Shown: one piece after another, positions 24,440-37,229 of the stretch
Position numbering within the stretch: the stretch's first letter is position 1
How the letters are laid out: each line of letters opens with the position of its first letter
Assembly: GCF_004010195.1 (NCBI RefSeq)
Contig: NC_057749.1
Location: forward strand, 21,540,370 to 21,604,369
DNA: 64,000 nucleotides
DNA from: Chiloscyllium plagiosum
Lineage: Eukaryota
Direction: 5' to 3'
Notes under the pieces: model-generated
Databases searched by the model: none
What the model was told of the DNA's origin: nothing
The model's input: the letters and a program-made list of their open reading frames with translations, nothing else
Position numbers and translations under genes: made by a program

Positions 24440-25980
24440 AGAGGAAAGTGCAGTGGATGTAGTCTACATAGGCTTCAGTAAGGCTTTTGATAAGGACAAA
24501 GCTAAAAACTCATTGGATCCAGGACAGTTTGGAAAATTAGATCCAGAATTGGCAGGAAGCAGAGGATGATGGTGAAGGGGTGTTTTTTTGTGACTGGAAA
24601 CCTGTTTTCAGCAGTGTTTCACAGGGTTTAGTGCTGGCCCCTTTGCTGTTTGTAGTGTACATTAATGATCTAGACACAAATATAGGGGATATGGTCAGTA
24701 AGGTGACAGATGACACAAGAATTGGTTATGGAGTAAATAGTGTGGAGGAAAGCCTTAGACTACAGGAGGATGCAGAGACTGGAGAGTTTGAGCTAGAGGG
24801 AGAGACTGAATAGGCTGGGGCTGTTTTCCCTGGAGCATTGGAGGCTGAGGGATGACCTTACAGAGGTTTATAAAGTCATGAGAAGTATAGAAAGGGTGAA
24901 GTCAAGGTACTTTCCCTCGGGTAGGGAAGTCCAAATCTAGAGGACATAGCTTTAAGGTGAGTGGGGAGATTTAAAAGGGACCTAAGGGGTAACATTTTCA
25001 TGCAGAGGGTGATGTGCGTGTGTGGAATGAGTTGCCAGAAGAAGTGGTAGATGCTGGTACAATTACAGCATTTAAAAGGCATCTGGATGGGTCTATGAAT
25101 AGGAAGGGTTTAAAGGGATATGGGCCAAGTGTTGGCAAATGGGACTAGATTAATTTAGGATATGTGGTCAGCATGGGCAAGTTGGACTGAAGTGGCCGTC
25201 TCTGTGGTAAACATCTCTATGAGTCTATGATCTATATGTAGCCGGGTGCTCAGATGAGCTGAATGGTGGCAAATGGATTTTAATTCCAAAAAGTGTGAGG
25301 TCATGCATTTTGGAAGACTCACAGAGCAGCGGAATACACATTGAATGGAAGGACCCTAGGAAGTACAGATAATCAGATGGACCTTAGATCCTTAGAGGCA
25401 GCAGAACATGTCGATAAAGTACTTAAGAAAAATCAGAGATGTTTGTTTTTATTAGTCGAGACACTGAAAGTAAGAGCAGGGAGGCGATGAAGAGCTATGT
25501 ATGATGATAGTTCGGGTACGGCTGCAGGACTGTGTGCAGTTCTGACCCTCGCACTATAAGAGGGATTTGATTACACTGGAGACAGTGCAGAGGAGAGTCA
25601 CCAGGGTTTTACCTGAGCTGGAGGGTTTTCGCTGTGAAGAAAGACTAGATAAACTGGGACCTGATTGAGGCGTATGATGTCATAGGGTAGACGGGGTGAA
25701 ACTTTAATAGATGGGTCAATATTGAGAGAGCACAGTTTAAGGCAAGGAGCAGGGGGTTTAGAGAGGATCTGAGGAATAACGCTTTCACCAGAGGGTGGTG
25801 GGTATCTGGAACTCACTGCCTGGAATGGCGATCAAGACGGGAACCCTCAAGATATTTAAGAAGTTTTTAGACGATCACCTAAAATGCAAGCAAGACAACG
25901 GGCCATGTGCTGTGAAATGGGATTAGAATAGGGAGATGTTTGATAATTGCACAGACATGATGGGCTGAACAGCATCTTTC
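24440..25980 (+). mobile_element. Nested CR1 LINE RT and 3' fragments
   Basis: VSQGLVLAPLLFVVYINDL...KVTDDT corresponds to the CR1 RT QGSVLGP and FADD motifs. A younger CR1 3' end lies at about 24780-25235. Confidence 0.8.
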
Positions 25981-26640
25981 TGCCAATCTCCCTTTCCACC
26001 AATCCACTCCACCCTCCTCTCTGACCTATCACCTCCATCCCCACCCCCATTCACCTATTGTACACTTTGCTACCTTCACCCCAGCCCCAACCCACCCTCA
26101 ATTATCTCTCCATCCTGGCGGCTTCCTGCCTCTATTCTTGATGAAGGGCTTTTGCCCAAAATGTTGATTTTCCTGCTCCTCGGATGCTGCCTGACCTGCT
26201 GTGCTTTTCCAGCACCACTCTGGTTTCCAGTAGCTGCAGTCCTCACTTTTGCCTAGCATCTTTCTGTACTGTAAAACGTTTAGAAGCAGTCTGCTCAATT
26301 AGCACCCCAGCCACCACCTACAACACTCACTGTTTCCACCAGCAATGCAGTGCCAGCACTCTGTACCATATACAGCAACTCACCCATCAGCACATTCCAA
26401 ACCCATAACTACTTCCATGTCAAAGAACAACAGTAGCACATACATAGAAACACCACCCCTTGCAAGTTCCCCTCAAAGCCACTCACCACCCTGACTTGGA
26501 CACACATCACCGTTCTTTCACAGACACTGGGTCAAATTCCCTCCCTAAGAGGATTATGGGTCTACCTACCTCAGCGGTTCAAGAAGGCAGCTCATCCCCA
26601 CCTTCTCAAGGGGCAACTAGGGACGGGGCAATAAATATGG

Positions 26641-26832
26641 ACCAAAGTGAGGACTGCAGATGCTGGACCCCAGAGTTTAGATCAGAGCGGTGCTGGAAAA
26701 GCACAGCAGGTCAGGCAGCAGCTGAGGAGCCATTCATTCCTGATGAAGGGCTTTTGCCTGAATCGGTGATTTTCCTGCTCCTTGGACGCTGCCTGACCTG
26801 CTGTGCTTTTCCAGCACCACTCTGATCTAAAC
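26641..26832. mobile_element. Palindromic family B element
   Basis: Perfect 17-bp direct repeat cggggcaataaatatgg at 26624-26640 and 26833-26849. Confidence 0.8.
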
Positions 26833-27671
26833 CGGGGCAATAAATATGGCTGGTCTAGCCATACCCCAAGAATGAATTAAAAACACTCACATTAGCCTCT
26901 TAAATTTCAGCAATGGCTACGCTATTCTCAAGATAGCAATACACGTGGCTCTTGGGAAACAATCAGGTTAGACTTGGTATTGATGCTCCCAGCTGTTGAA
27001 TTGCCAGGTGAAGCTTGCTCTTGGTGCGCACCATATTTACCAGGGTGATGTGCCAAGGGATTACTGGCATCTGTGGGAAGGCCAACTGTTCTAGAAGGGA
27101 GAAGAAAGTGACAAAATCAACAGGACACATGGACACCTGTAGCTTTGCTGAAACTGAATTAGGAAATCCAATCCAGTCTGCCAGCTGAGACTCAGGCTCA
27201 GAACGTTTTGGGACGGAAACTCAAGTTACGTTATCGTTCAGCAGGTGGAACGTAGAGAAACCAGAGGATGTGGAGCTGTCACAAATGAACTGTAATTCCA
27301 GCATCACTGGTTTATATACCAGAGATCACTGGAAACCAGGAAAGAATGCATTCAAATAGCGCCTTTCATAGCCTCGGGATCTCCCAAAGCACTTTGCAGC
27401 CAATGAAGTCGTATTGAAGTCGTTACAAAGGGCACATGGTGGTCAATCTGTGTACAGCAAGATCCCACTAATAATAGTTGATCAGGAATCTGTTTCAATT
27501 ATCTTGGTTGAACAATAAATATTGGTCAGGGCACTTGGAGGTGCCCATGATTCCAAGTATTGGGAATCCTCTCTCAGGGCAGTTATTGGAACCCTGGTAC
27601 CCCCTGAGAGGGAGGGAGGAGACAGCAATGCTGTCTGTCGCTAAACTGACTAGAAGCACAAATGAGAATAA

Positions 27672-28560
27672 TTGGATGTAAGTTTGCTCGCTGAGCTGGA
27701 AGGTTCATTTTCAGACATTACATCACCATACTAGGTAACATCTTCAGTGAGCCTCCGGATGAAGCACTGGTGGTGTAGCCCGCTTTCTATTTATGTGTTT
27801 GGGTTTCCTGAGTTGTACTTGTCATTGCCTATGGTGATGTCACTTCCTATGGTGATGTCATTTCCTGTTCCTTTTCTCAGGGGTTGTAAATGGGGTCTAA
27901 CTCGATGTGTTTGATTGAGTTCCAGTTGGAATGCCAGGCTTCTAGGAATTCTCATGCGTGTCTCTGTTTGGCTTGTCCTAGGATGGATGTGTTGTCCCAG
28001 TCGAAGTGGTGTCGTTCCTCCTCTGTATGTGAGGTTACAAGTGAGAGAGGGTCATGTTGTTTTGTGGCGAGTTGATGTTCATGTATCCTGGTGGCTAGTT
28101 TTCTGCCTGTTTGTCCAATGTAGTGTTTGTTACAGTCCTTGCACGGTATTTTGTAAATGACATTAGTTTTGCTTGTTGTCTGTACAGGGTCTTTCAAGTT
28201 CATTAGCTGCTGTTCTAGTGTGTTGGTGGGTCTGTGGGCTACCATGATGCCAAGGGGTCTGACTAGCCTGGCAGTCATTTCTGAGATGTCTTTGATGTAG
28301 GGGAGAGTGGCTAGGGTTTCTGGACGTGTTTTGTCTGCTTGTTTGGGTTTGTTGCTGAGAAATCGGCGGACTGTGTTCATTGGGTACCCATTCTTTTTGA
28401 ATACACGATATAGGTGATTTTCCTCTGCTCTGCGTAGTTCCTCTGTGCTGCAGTGTGTGTTGGCTCGTTGAAGTAACGTTCTAATGCAGCTTCATTTGTG
28501 GGTGTTGGGATGATTGCTTCTGTAGTTCAATATTTGGTCCTTATGTGTTGTTTTCCGGTA
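27672..28560 (-). mobile_element. Penelope-like retroelement 3' part: RT C-terminus, GIY-YIG endonuclease, 3'UTR with hammerhead remnant (family C)
   Basis: ORF 27952-28380 contains NVIYKIPCKDCNKHYIGQTGRKLATRIHEH (GIY-YIG). Upstream frame reads YRKTTH...NYRSNHP with an in-frame stop. TCA-CTGAAGA-t-GTTACC..GGTGAT-GTAATGTC-TGA at 27750-27711. Confidence 0.9.
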
Positions 28561-28799
28561 GAAGGGAAGTTAATCAGCTGGCTCTTTCGAAAAAGAAGAA
28601 CTTGTATTTGTATAGCACCTTTCTGGGTCATGGGCAGTCCCAAGCAGTTTTACAGCCAATGAATGTGGCGGCTGATGCAACACAGGAAATGTGATGACCA
28701 AATTGTGCACAGTGAGATCCCACAAATAGGGGATATGGTCATGGGCAGGTGCTGCTGTTCTCTTTATGTTTGTTTCAGCAGGAGGCAGTGGAGGAAGGG

Positions 28800-29160
28800 A
28801 ACCATAAGACAGGAGTGGAAGTAAGGCCATTCGGCCCATTGAGTCCACTCCGCCATTTAATCATGGCTGATGGTCATTTCAACTCCCCTTACCTGCACTC
28901 TTCCCATAGCCCTTAATTCCTTGGAAGATCAAGAATTTGTCAATCTCTGCCTTGAAGACATTTAACGTCCCGGCATCCACTGCGTTCCGTGGCAATGAAT
29001 TCCACAGGCCCACCACTCTCTGGCTGAAGAAATGTCTCCTCATTTCCATTCTAAATTTACCCCGTCTAATTCTAAGGCTGAACCCACGGGTCCTAGTCTC
29101 CCCGCCTAACAGAAACAGATTCCCAGCGTCCACCCTTTCTAAGACATGCATTATCTTGCA
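28800..29160 (-). mobile_element. CR1 LINE 3' fragment
   Basis: GETRTRGFSLRIR..FRMEMRRHFFSQRVVGLWNSLP, typical CR1 ORF2 C-terminus. Confidence 0.85.
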
Positions 29161-29199
29161 GATCAGACAGAGGCAACAAAGTGCTCTGTAGTCAAGTAG

Positions 29200-30121
29200 T
29201 GCAGAAAGAAGCCATTCAGCCCATCGAGATTGCACTGACCTTCCAAAGGGCACCCCCAGCCCCCCTACTATATCCTGTGACCCCACCTAACCCGCACATC
29301 TTTGGACTGTGGGAGGAAATCCATGCCGACACAGGGAGAACAAGCAAACTTCACAAGGTTACCCAAGGCTGGAATCAAACCCAGGTCTCTGGTGCCATGA
29401 GGTAGCAGTGCTGACCGCTGAGCCAATAGTCCCACTTGGGGATAATACAACATTCCAGTGCTTCCTTTTCCATTCGGCCCATCGAGCCTACTGCACCATT
29501 CAAGATGGGCCTGCACGGTGGCTGAGTGGTTAGCACTGCTGCCTCACAGCGCCAGGGATCCGGGTTCGATTCCAGCCTCGGGTGACTGTCTGTGTGGAGT
29601 TTGCACATTCTCCCCGTGTCTGCGTGGGTTTCCTCCGGGTGCTCCAATTTCCTCCCACAGTCCAAAGATGTGCAGGTCAGGTGAATTGGCCATGCTAAAT
29701 TGCCCCATAGTGTTAGGTGCTTTAGTCAGAGGGAAATGGGTCTGGGTGGGTTACTCTTCAGAGGGTCAGTGTGGACTGGTTGGGCCGAAGGGCCTGTTTC
29801 CACACTGTAGGGAATCTAATCTAATCTAATCATGATCCTAGCTCAGTCTCCCATTTGTGCTTTCGCCTCCATACCCTTTAGTCATCAGAACTAACTCATT
29901 ATAGAATCCCTACAATGGGCCCTTCAGCCCAACAAGTCCACACTGACCCTCCGAAATGTGACCCATCCCCCTACCCTATTACCTTATATTTCCCCCTGAC
30001 TAATACCCCTAACCCACGCATCCCTGAACACTAAGGGCAATTTAACACGGCCAATTCATCTAACCTGCACATCTCTGTATTGTGGGAGGAAACCGGAGCA
30101 AACCCACACAGACACGGGGAG
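29200..30121. mobile_element. Cluster of three HE1-like SINEs (about 29200-29424 -, 29512-29830 +, 29902-30121 -)
   Basis: Shared head, central domain and tail sequences. Confidence 0.8.
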
Positions 30122-30819
30122 ACCTTCTTTTTGAAAACATTCAACGATTGGTCTCAACCACTCTCTGTGGCAGAGTATTGCCAACCACCTACCACGGTCT
30201 GGGTGAAGTCATTTCTCCCCATCTTATGTTGTAAAATTTCCATGTGCCTGATGGAATATTCAAAAAAAGGTTTGTGACCAAAGCATTTTCAGTGCTGGGG
30301 CTAAGAAAGGCATGATGATTCAATTGTCCTTCCCAGAGGTTTCTCTTTAAGGCGTAGTCTGCACCGACACACCCACAAGTGGAGGAGGTGTAAGGTTGTC
30401 GTATAAGGTCAGCAACAATGGAATTCACACCCTCTCACATGTTGAGTTCCGATTAGCAGAGCTCTGTGTGTAGGTTAGCCCCAGCTCTGACCACGTTAGA
30501 TCATCAACTCCCTTCAAGTAAAGAGGAATGTGATAGAGAAACTCAGCAACTCTGGCTGGGTCTGTGAAGGGAGAGAGAGAGAGAGAAAGAGATAGAGTTA
30601 ACATTTCTTGTCCCATTTGATCTCCTTCCAAACTAGACTTGAAACATTAACTGTGTTTTTCTCTCACCACAGATGCTGCCAGACCAGATGAGTTTCTCCC
30701 GTACTTTCTGCCATTTTTGCTTCCATTTTAGTCAACTCCTTTGCCCCACGATGTGTGAGTTGTAGGCACCGTGCAGATTCAGTCCAACACTGTCACTTTA
30801 AGGACTGGCCAGCACCGAA

Positions 30820-31095
30820 GGGTGGCACAGTGGCTCAGTGGCTAGCACCGCTACCTCACAGTGCCAGGGACCTGGGTTCGATTCCAGCCTCGGGCAACTG
30901 CCTCTGTGTACTTTGTCTCTGCGGGTTGTCTGCTGGGTGCTCTGGTGTCCGTTCAGATTCCAAAGATTGGGTGGGTTGGCAATGCCAAATTGCCCAGGGA
31001 CGTACAGGCTTTGTGAGTTAGCCATTGTAGAGTTACGGAAATGGGGCGGGGGTTGGGTGTGGATTGGAGGGTCAGTGCAGACTTTGATGGGTTAA
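30820..31095 (+). mobile_element. Diverged HE1-like SINE
   Basis: GTGGCTCAGTGG A-box and GGTTCGATTCC B-box. Confidence 0.7.
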
Positions 31096-32039
31096 ATGCG
31101 CTATTTGATTCTAACCAGCAGGCAAAGACCAATCAGCTGACTGAGTTTGCTCCACCATTTAGATCGTGCTGGGGGTCAGTGTGCTGTGAATGAATGGACT
31201 GGAGACTGGGGGTGAGAGCTTTGTTAGTGAGGGAGTGCACCAAGGTTAAAGTCACAATTTGCACTTCTCTCTTGTGTGGCCCTGGGTGTTGATGTAGGGA
31301 CTAATGCTCATATTCCCACATTCAACTGCGAATGTATGAAGTTCCCCACCTTCTAAATTTCGCTGAGCATTTGCAAAGCCAAGGCTGTGGGCAAAGTGCT
31401 GGAAAATGGGATTCGAATGGTCAGTTGATTGGTTTTGGCTGGTGTGAATGTGATGGGCTGAAAGGTCCTGCAGAACTCTATGATTCTAAGAGCAAACTTG
31501 ATTAAGAAGCAGTTCATGGAAAGTTCACTTAATGATACCTGGGAGGAAAGAGTTATTTTGCTGGGAGCTGGGGTGGGGGGAGTGGGGTGGATAAACAGGT
31601 TGGTCCAATACATCCCAACAGTTGATAAAAGTGAGGGATAATCCTGTAAGATTGTGAGGGGTCTTGACTGGCTAGCTCCTGACGGTTCCTTTTGTGGGAG
31701 GACGTGGGGCACAATTTAAGAAGCGATGGTCTCCTACTTATATCTAAGATGAGGAAATAACTTTTTCAAGTCTTTCAAATTCTCTTACCCAGAGAGTATG
31801 AGGGGTTGGGATGGTCGGTATTTTTCAGGTAGAAATAATTAGATTCTACATTAACAAAGGAATCAGAATGTATCAGGGAAAGGCGGGATATCACAGTTAA
31901 GGCCCATTCAGATCAGCCATAATGATACGGGAAGGTTGATCGGGGTCTTGCTCCGAGTTTGCAGAAGTAAGAAACACTTTTTTTGGCTGTTGAGTGCTTT
32001 GGGAGGATACTGTGTGAATATAATTGGAATGGAAGTGAC

Positions 32040-33050
32040 GGGCGGTGTCACCAACAGTGCTCTCAAAAGCAGCACCTGCTCAGCAATAACCTGCTCAGTG
32101 ACGCCCAGCTTGGGTTGCACCAGCTCCTGACCTCATGGTTCAAACATGGACAAAAGGGCTGAATTCCAGAGGGGAGGGGGGGGGGGGGGGGAGTGACAGC
32201 CCTTGACATCAAGGCTGCATTCGACCGAGTGTGGCATCACGGAGTCCTAGCAAAATCAATGGGTATCCCGGGGCAAAGATGGTTGTGGTTGTTGGAGGTC
32301 AGTCAGCCCAGCTCCAGGAGATCACGGCTGGAGTCCCTCAAGGTAGTGCTCTAGGCCCAACCATCCTCAGCTGCTTCCCACCATCATAAGGTCAGAAGTG
32401 GGGCTGTCTATCAATGACTGTGCAGTGTTCAGCACCATTCGGGACTCCTCAGATACTGAAGCAGTCCATGTTCAAATGCAACAAGATCCAGACTGGTGGC
32501 AAGTAACATTCGGACCACACAAATGCCAGGCAATGAACCATCACCAATAAGTGACAATCTAACCACTACCACTTAACAATCAGTGGTGCTCTCATCCAGA
32601 AACTAAAAGCAACAGTAAAACTTGTGAATGGTGTACACAGGTCTGAGACATTTTCTATCCCTCAGAACAGTGCCCCAGTGTAAGCAATCAGTTCATTTCC
32701 AGGTTTTGCTGTTGTTTTACTGGATTTCCCCTCTGGATACGTAATCCCCCACCGTCAAAATCCTGGGAGTTACCATTGACCAACTGGACTCACCACATAA
32801 ACACAGTGACTTCAAGAGCAGGTCAGAGACTAGGAATACTGCGGTGCATAACTCACTCCCTGACTCCCCTAAAGCCTGTCCACCATCTCCAAAGCACAGC
32901 TCAGGGCTGTGATGAAATACCATCCAGGATAAAGCCACCATCCAGGATAAAGCCACCATCCAGGATAAAGCCACCCGTGTAAATTGGCACTGTATTTACA
33001 ATCATCCAATTTCTCCACCACCGATGCTCAGTAGCAGCAGTGTGTACTAT
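32040..33050 (+). mobile_element. Decayed CR1/L2-group LINE RT region
   Basis: ALDIKAAFDRVWH and GVPQGSALGP motifs at about 32200-32360. Confidence 0.75.
32919..32972. repeat. 18-bp tandem repeat x3 (accatccaggataaagcc)
   Basis: Three perfect copies inside the LINE fragment. Confidence 0.9.
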
Positions 33051-33055
33051 TGGGC

Positions 33056-33362
33056 TGGCACGGTGGCTCAGTGGTTAGCACTGCTGCCTCACAGCACCAG
33101 GGTCCCAGGTTCGATTCCATTCTTGGGTAACTGTCTGTGTGGAGTTTGCACATTCTCCCCTTGTCTGCGTGGGTTTCCTCCGGGTGCTCCGGTTTCCTCC
33201 CAGAGTCCAAAGATGTGCAGGTCAGGTGAATTGGCCATGCTAAATTGGCCGTAGTGTTAGGTGCATTAGTCAGAGGGAGATGGGTTACTCTTCGGAGGGT
33301 CGGTGTGGACTTGTTGGGCCGAAGGGCCTGTCTCCACATTGTAGGGAATCTAATCTAATCTA
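33056..33362 (+). mobile_element. HE1-like SINE, full length
   Basis: Head, central domain and (aatct)n tail. Confidence 0.9.
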
Positions 33363-34056
33363 AAGGATGCACCACAGAAATACGCCAATGGAGACTGCAG
33401 CAGTTCAAAAAGGCAGCTCACCACCATCTTCTGAAGGTCAACGAGGGACCAGCAAGGAATACTTGAAGGAATATTCATTGTCCTTGAAGAGAAGGGCACT
33501 GGTCACTCGGGTGTTTTTTTTCCAACTGGTGGAACACGAATGAAGTTTTTTGCACTTAATGTTTCCTCCCTATGTCACCAACACGCACATGACATGAGTA
33601 CCGGGGAGAATAAAGCACCAGTGCTGTTTGGGGAGGGGATACAATATATATATGAGAAAAAATATATAACCAGGAGATCAGAATCTGCTCCGTTGAGGAC
33701 TGACACTGAGCTGGCTGGCCACACATAGCCAGTGTGTGTTCCTGCAAGGAGAAATGATCACTGCCCGTTTTGCTTTTTAGAAATTTAATTGCACGATGGT
33801 GCAGCTGTGCCCTCTGCTGGTAACAGCAAGTAAATGCTGGCACTGCGCCTGATGGTGATGGGAGACAATGCTTCTGTTTTACATCCATCCTGCCCTCTGC
33901 TGGTTTCATTTGACCATCGTCCTGCAGAACAGAACGGACTGCTGCAAGGGAGTGGACCAACAACTGACCAACCCAGGAACGCGAAAGGCAACTACCGGCC
34001 GACCTGACCAAAGGGCACACCTGTGAACCGAACTGATTGATCAAGACCTCTGATCC

Positions 34057-34450
34057 ATGATGTGGAGAAGCCGGTGTTGGACTGGGGTGGACAAAGTTAA
34101 AAATCATACAATACCAGGTTATAGTCCAACAGGTTTATTTGGAAGCACACTAGCTTTCGGAGCGACGCTCCTTCATCAGGTGGTTGTGGAGAATAAGATG
34201 GTAAAACTGTGGAGTATAAGATGGTACCTTACCATCTTAGGGGACATCTACTGCCTTCCAAAGATACACAAAGCCAAGATACCAGGACGTCCCATCGTAT
34301 CAGCCAACGAGACCCTGCATGAGAAACTCTCTGGCTGTGTCGAGGACATCTTGAAATCCATTGTACAAGAGACCCCCAGCTTCTGTCATGACACTACAGA
34401 TTCCTTACACAAACTCAGCACCCACGGACCAGTAGAACCGGGAACATTCC
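34057..34450. mobile_element. Penelope-like insertion: family A terminal repeat (-) fused to an RT fragment (+)
   Basis: GDIYCLPKIHKAKIPGRPIVS...IVQETPSFCHDTTD is the Penelope RT LPKIHK/RPIVS region. Hammerhead-like core at 34148-34182 on -. Confidence 0.85.
34148..34182 (-). ncRNA. Minimal type I hammerhead ribozyme motif (intact core)
   Basis: CAC-CUGAUGA-A-GGAGC(GUC)GCUCC-GAAA-GC-UA-GUG: stem I CAC/GUG, 5-bp stem II, palindromic AGCU in place of stem III. Activity untested. Confidence 0.65.
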
Positions 34451-34539
34451 CCCCAAAAGACTGGAATATGCTCCTCCCAGGTCTTTGCCCTGGCTCCTCT
34501 GAACCATATTCCCCAGCACCATAAGGTAATCAGTCCTGA

Positions 34540-35620
34540 CGATGAGGGGGATAAAGGATTGATCAGTCCACTTCCTAAAGAACACGCCTTACTCTTGGCT
34601 CAGTTTCCCTTGGGTCCTGATGCCAGTTCAAACCGGTCGCCGTTGCTCATGAGTCTGTGCACTGACAGCGAATCCAAGCAGAATATAGCAGGATCATCCA
34701 TGTACAGGGAGGCTCTGTCCTGCAGGCCTCTGTTACCTGTTACCCCCTCTCAGGCTCACATCCTTCCTGATGGACTCAGCTAAAGGCTCTATACAACACA
34801 CAAACAAGGCAGGAGAGAGAGGGCAGCCCTGCCTGACTCCAGGTCTGATCGGGAAGCTTTCCGATTCCGATCCACTGACTGAGACCGCGCTGACGATGTT
34901 GGTGTAGAGCAATTGGATCCAATTGCGGATTCCCTCCCCACAGCTCGTCCTGGAGAGCACATCCCACGTGGAGGGGTGCGATATTCAGTCAAAGGCCTAC
35001 TCCTGGTCCAGGCTAATGAGGCAGGCATCCACCCCCTGACCTGCACGTAGGCGATTGCATTCCTGAGGAGAGTGAGGCTCTCAGAGATGGTCCTGCCCGG
35101 TACAGCACAGGTTTGGTCGGAGTGAATCATCAGTTCCAGGGCAGGACCTCAGACAGGATTTTGTAATCTGCGTTCAGCATTGAAATTGGTCACCAATTTC
35201 TAGATTCCTCCCTCTCCCCCTTCCAAGTATAGATGAGGGTGGTGCTACCTTTCCTCAGCACATGCTCCCTGCCAGAAGCATGTTGTCATACACCTCCAGC
35301 AGGTCCTGGCCGATCAAGTCCCACTGAGCTGAGTGCAACTTGGCCAGTAAGCCATCACTTCCCGGAGTTTTATTGTTTTCTAAGGCCTCGGGGGTCTTGG
35401 TCAGAGGTAACGGCTGGTCCAGTCTCTCCCGTGCACCGCCTGAGACCTCTGTGACAGGGGACAGGAACGAATGGGAGGCCGCACTGTCTGTGTGCTTCGT
35501 GTCATGCAGTCTGGTATAAAAGGATTTGCTGATCCTCAGGATCCTCTTCCTTCAGGCTTCAACAAGGAATCTCTGCACTGCACTGTGTCTGCAGGGCTGC
35601 TGAAGACATTGTGCAGTTTG
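34540..35620 (-). mobile_element. Tx1/L1-clade LINE RT fragments, decayed
   Basis: IHSDQTCAVPGRTISESL and GVRQGCPLSPALFVCCIEPLAESIRKD motifs. Confidence 0.85.
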
Positions 35621-35637
35621 GCGACTGATTTAGTTTG

Positions 35638-35814
35638 AAAATGTGTTGCTGGAAAAGCGCAGCAGGTCAGGCAGCATCCAGGGAACAGGAGAATCGACGC
35701 TTATGCCCGAAACGTTGATTCTCCTGTTCCCTGGATGCTGCCTGACCTGCTGCGCTTTTCCAGCAACACATTTTCAGCTCTGATCTCCAGCATCTGCAAA
35801 CCTCACTTTCTCCC
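35638..35814. mobile_element. Palindromic family B element
   Basis: Direct repeat cgactgattt(a/g)gtttg at 35622-35637 and 35815-35830. Confidence 0.8.
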
Positions 35815-35849
35815 CGACTGATTTGGTTTGCCAGACTACCAAAACCGGT

Positions 35850-36400
35850 GGGGTGAGCTGAACCTGTCACACATCTCCTGCTGGAGTGTGCCCTTGGTAA
35901 AGGAAGTCTGGAGAGAAAGACGAAGGTATCTGTCGAGATTCATCCCCAGCAGCTCCGTGATGCAGGACTCTGTACTCTACGCTCTGTTCCCCGGAACGCA
36001 TACTGAGACAAACATCGACCGCGCCTGGAGGACCATTAACCTGGTGAAAGTCGCTCTTTGGTCTGCCCGAACCTTGTTGGTCTTCCAGAGCAAGGAGTTG
36101 ACCCTGACCGAGTGTAGCAGACTGACACATTCCAGGATCCCGGATTACGTGCTGAGGGACACACTGAAGCTCAGAGCAGCTGCTGCTGAAGGTGGAGTGG
36201 GGAAAGACGACTTCTCTAACATCTTCCTTTGAAACTATAATGAGGGTCAGTTCAATTTTCAGACCCTCCCAGTGCCTCCAATTGATGTGAGGAACAAATG
36301 TCTTTGGGTTTGTTGGAATAGTCAAACATTAACGCTTGTTTGTTCTCTATATGCAAAGACTACACAGAACCAACCTGCTCTGGTGTCTACGTATGTAGAG
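35850..36400 (+). mobile_element. Tx1-like LINE ORF2 C-terminal fragment
   Basis: KEVWRE...SVLYALFPGTHTETNIDRAWRTINLVKVALWSAR, homologous to 37790-38110. Confidence 0.75.
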
Positions 36401-36411
36401 AAAGTATTATT

Positions 36412-36714
36412 AGAGTAGATTCCCTACAGTGTGGAAGCAGGCCCTTCAACCCAACACCGAACCACCGAAGAGTAACCTACCCAGACTCATCTCCCTCTGA
36501 CTAATGCACCTAACACTACAGACAATTTAGCACGGCCAATTCCCCTAACCTGCACACCTTCAGACTGTGGGAGGAAACCAGAGCACCTGGAGGAAACCCA
36601 CGCAGACATGGGGAGAATGTGCAAACTCCACACAGACAGTCACCCGAGGCTGGAATCGAACCTGGGACCCTGGTGTTGTGAGGCAGAAGTGCTAACCACT
36701 GAGCCACCGTGCCA
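36412..36714 (-). mobile_element. HE1-like SINE
   Basis: Conserved body in reverse. Confidence 0.85.
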
Positions 36715-37207
36715 CGTTGTGAAACTTGAAAGGGCTCAGAAAAGATTTACAAGGATGTTGCCAGTGTTGGAGGGTTTGATCTATAGTGAGAATAGGGCTG
36801 TTTTCCTTGGAGCGTCAGAGGCTGAGGGGTGATCTTATAGAGGTATATAAAATCATGAGGGGCATGGATAGGGTAAATAGATAAATCTCTTCCCTGGGGT
36901 GGGGGAGTCCAGAACTAGAAGGCATAGGTTTAGGGTGAGAGGGGAGAGATATAAAAGGAGCCTAAAGGGCAGCTTTTTCATGCAGAGGGTGGTGCATGTA
37001 TGGAATGAGCTGCCAGAGGAAGTGGTGGAGGCTGGTACAATTACAACATTTAAAAGGGATCGGGATGGCTATATGAATAGGAAATGTTTGGAGGGATATG
37101 GGCCAGGTGCTGGCAGATGGGACTAGATTGGGTTGGGATATCTGGTCGGCATGGACGGGTTGGACTAAAGGGTCTGTTTCTATGCTGTACAGCTCTATGA
37201 CTCTATG
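36715..37207 (+). mobile_element. CR1 LINE 3' end
   Basis: LERAQKRFTRMLP...QRVVHVWNELPEEVVEAGT; ctctatgactctatg tail. Confidence 0.9.
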
Positions 37208-37229
37208 GCACTATAACTGGGCCAACTAA

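Noticed and set aside
27952..28380. GIY-YIG ORF as a domesticated host gene
   Set aside because: Upstream in-frame stop, early termination and the attached Penelope 3'UTR indicate a decayed transposon.
32919..32972. Short direct repeats as a possible CRISPR-like array
   Set aside because: Perfect tandem copies without spacers inside a eukaryotic LINE fragment.
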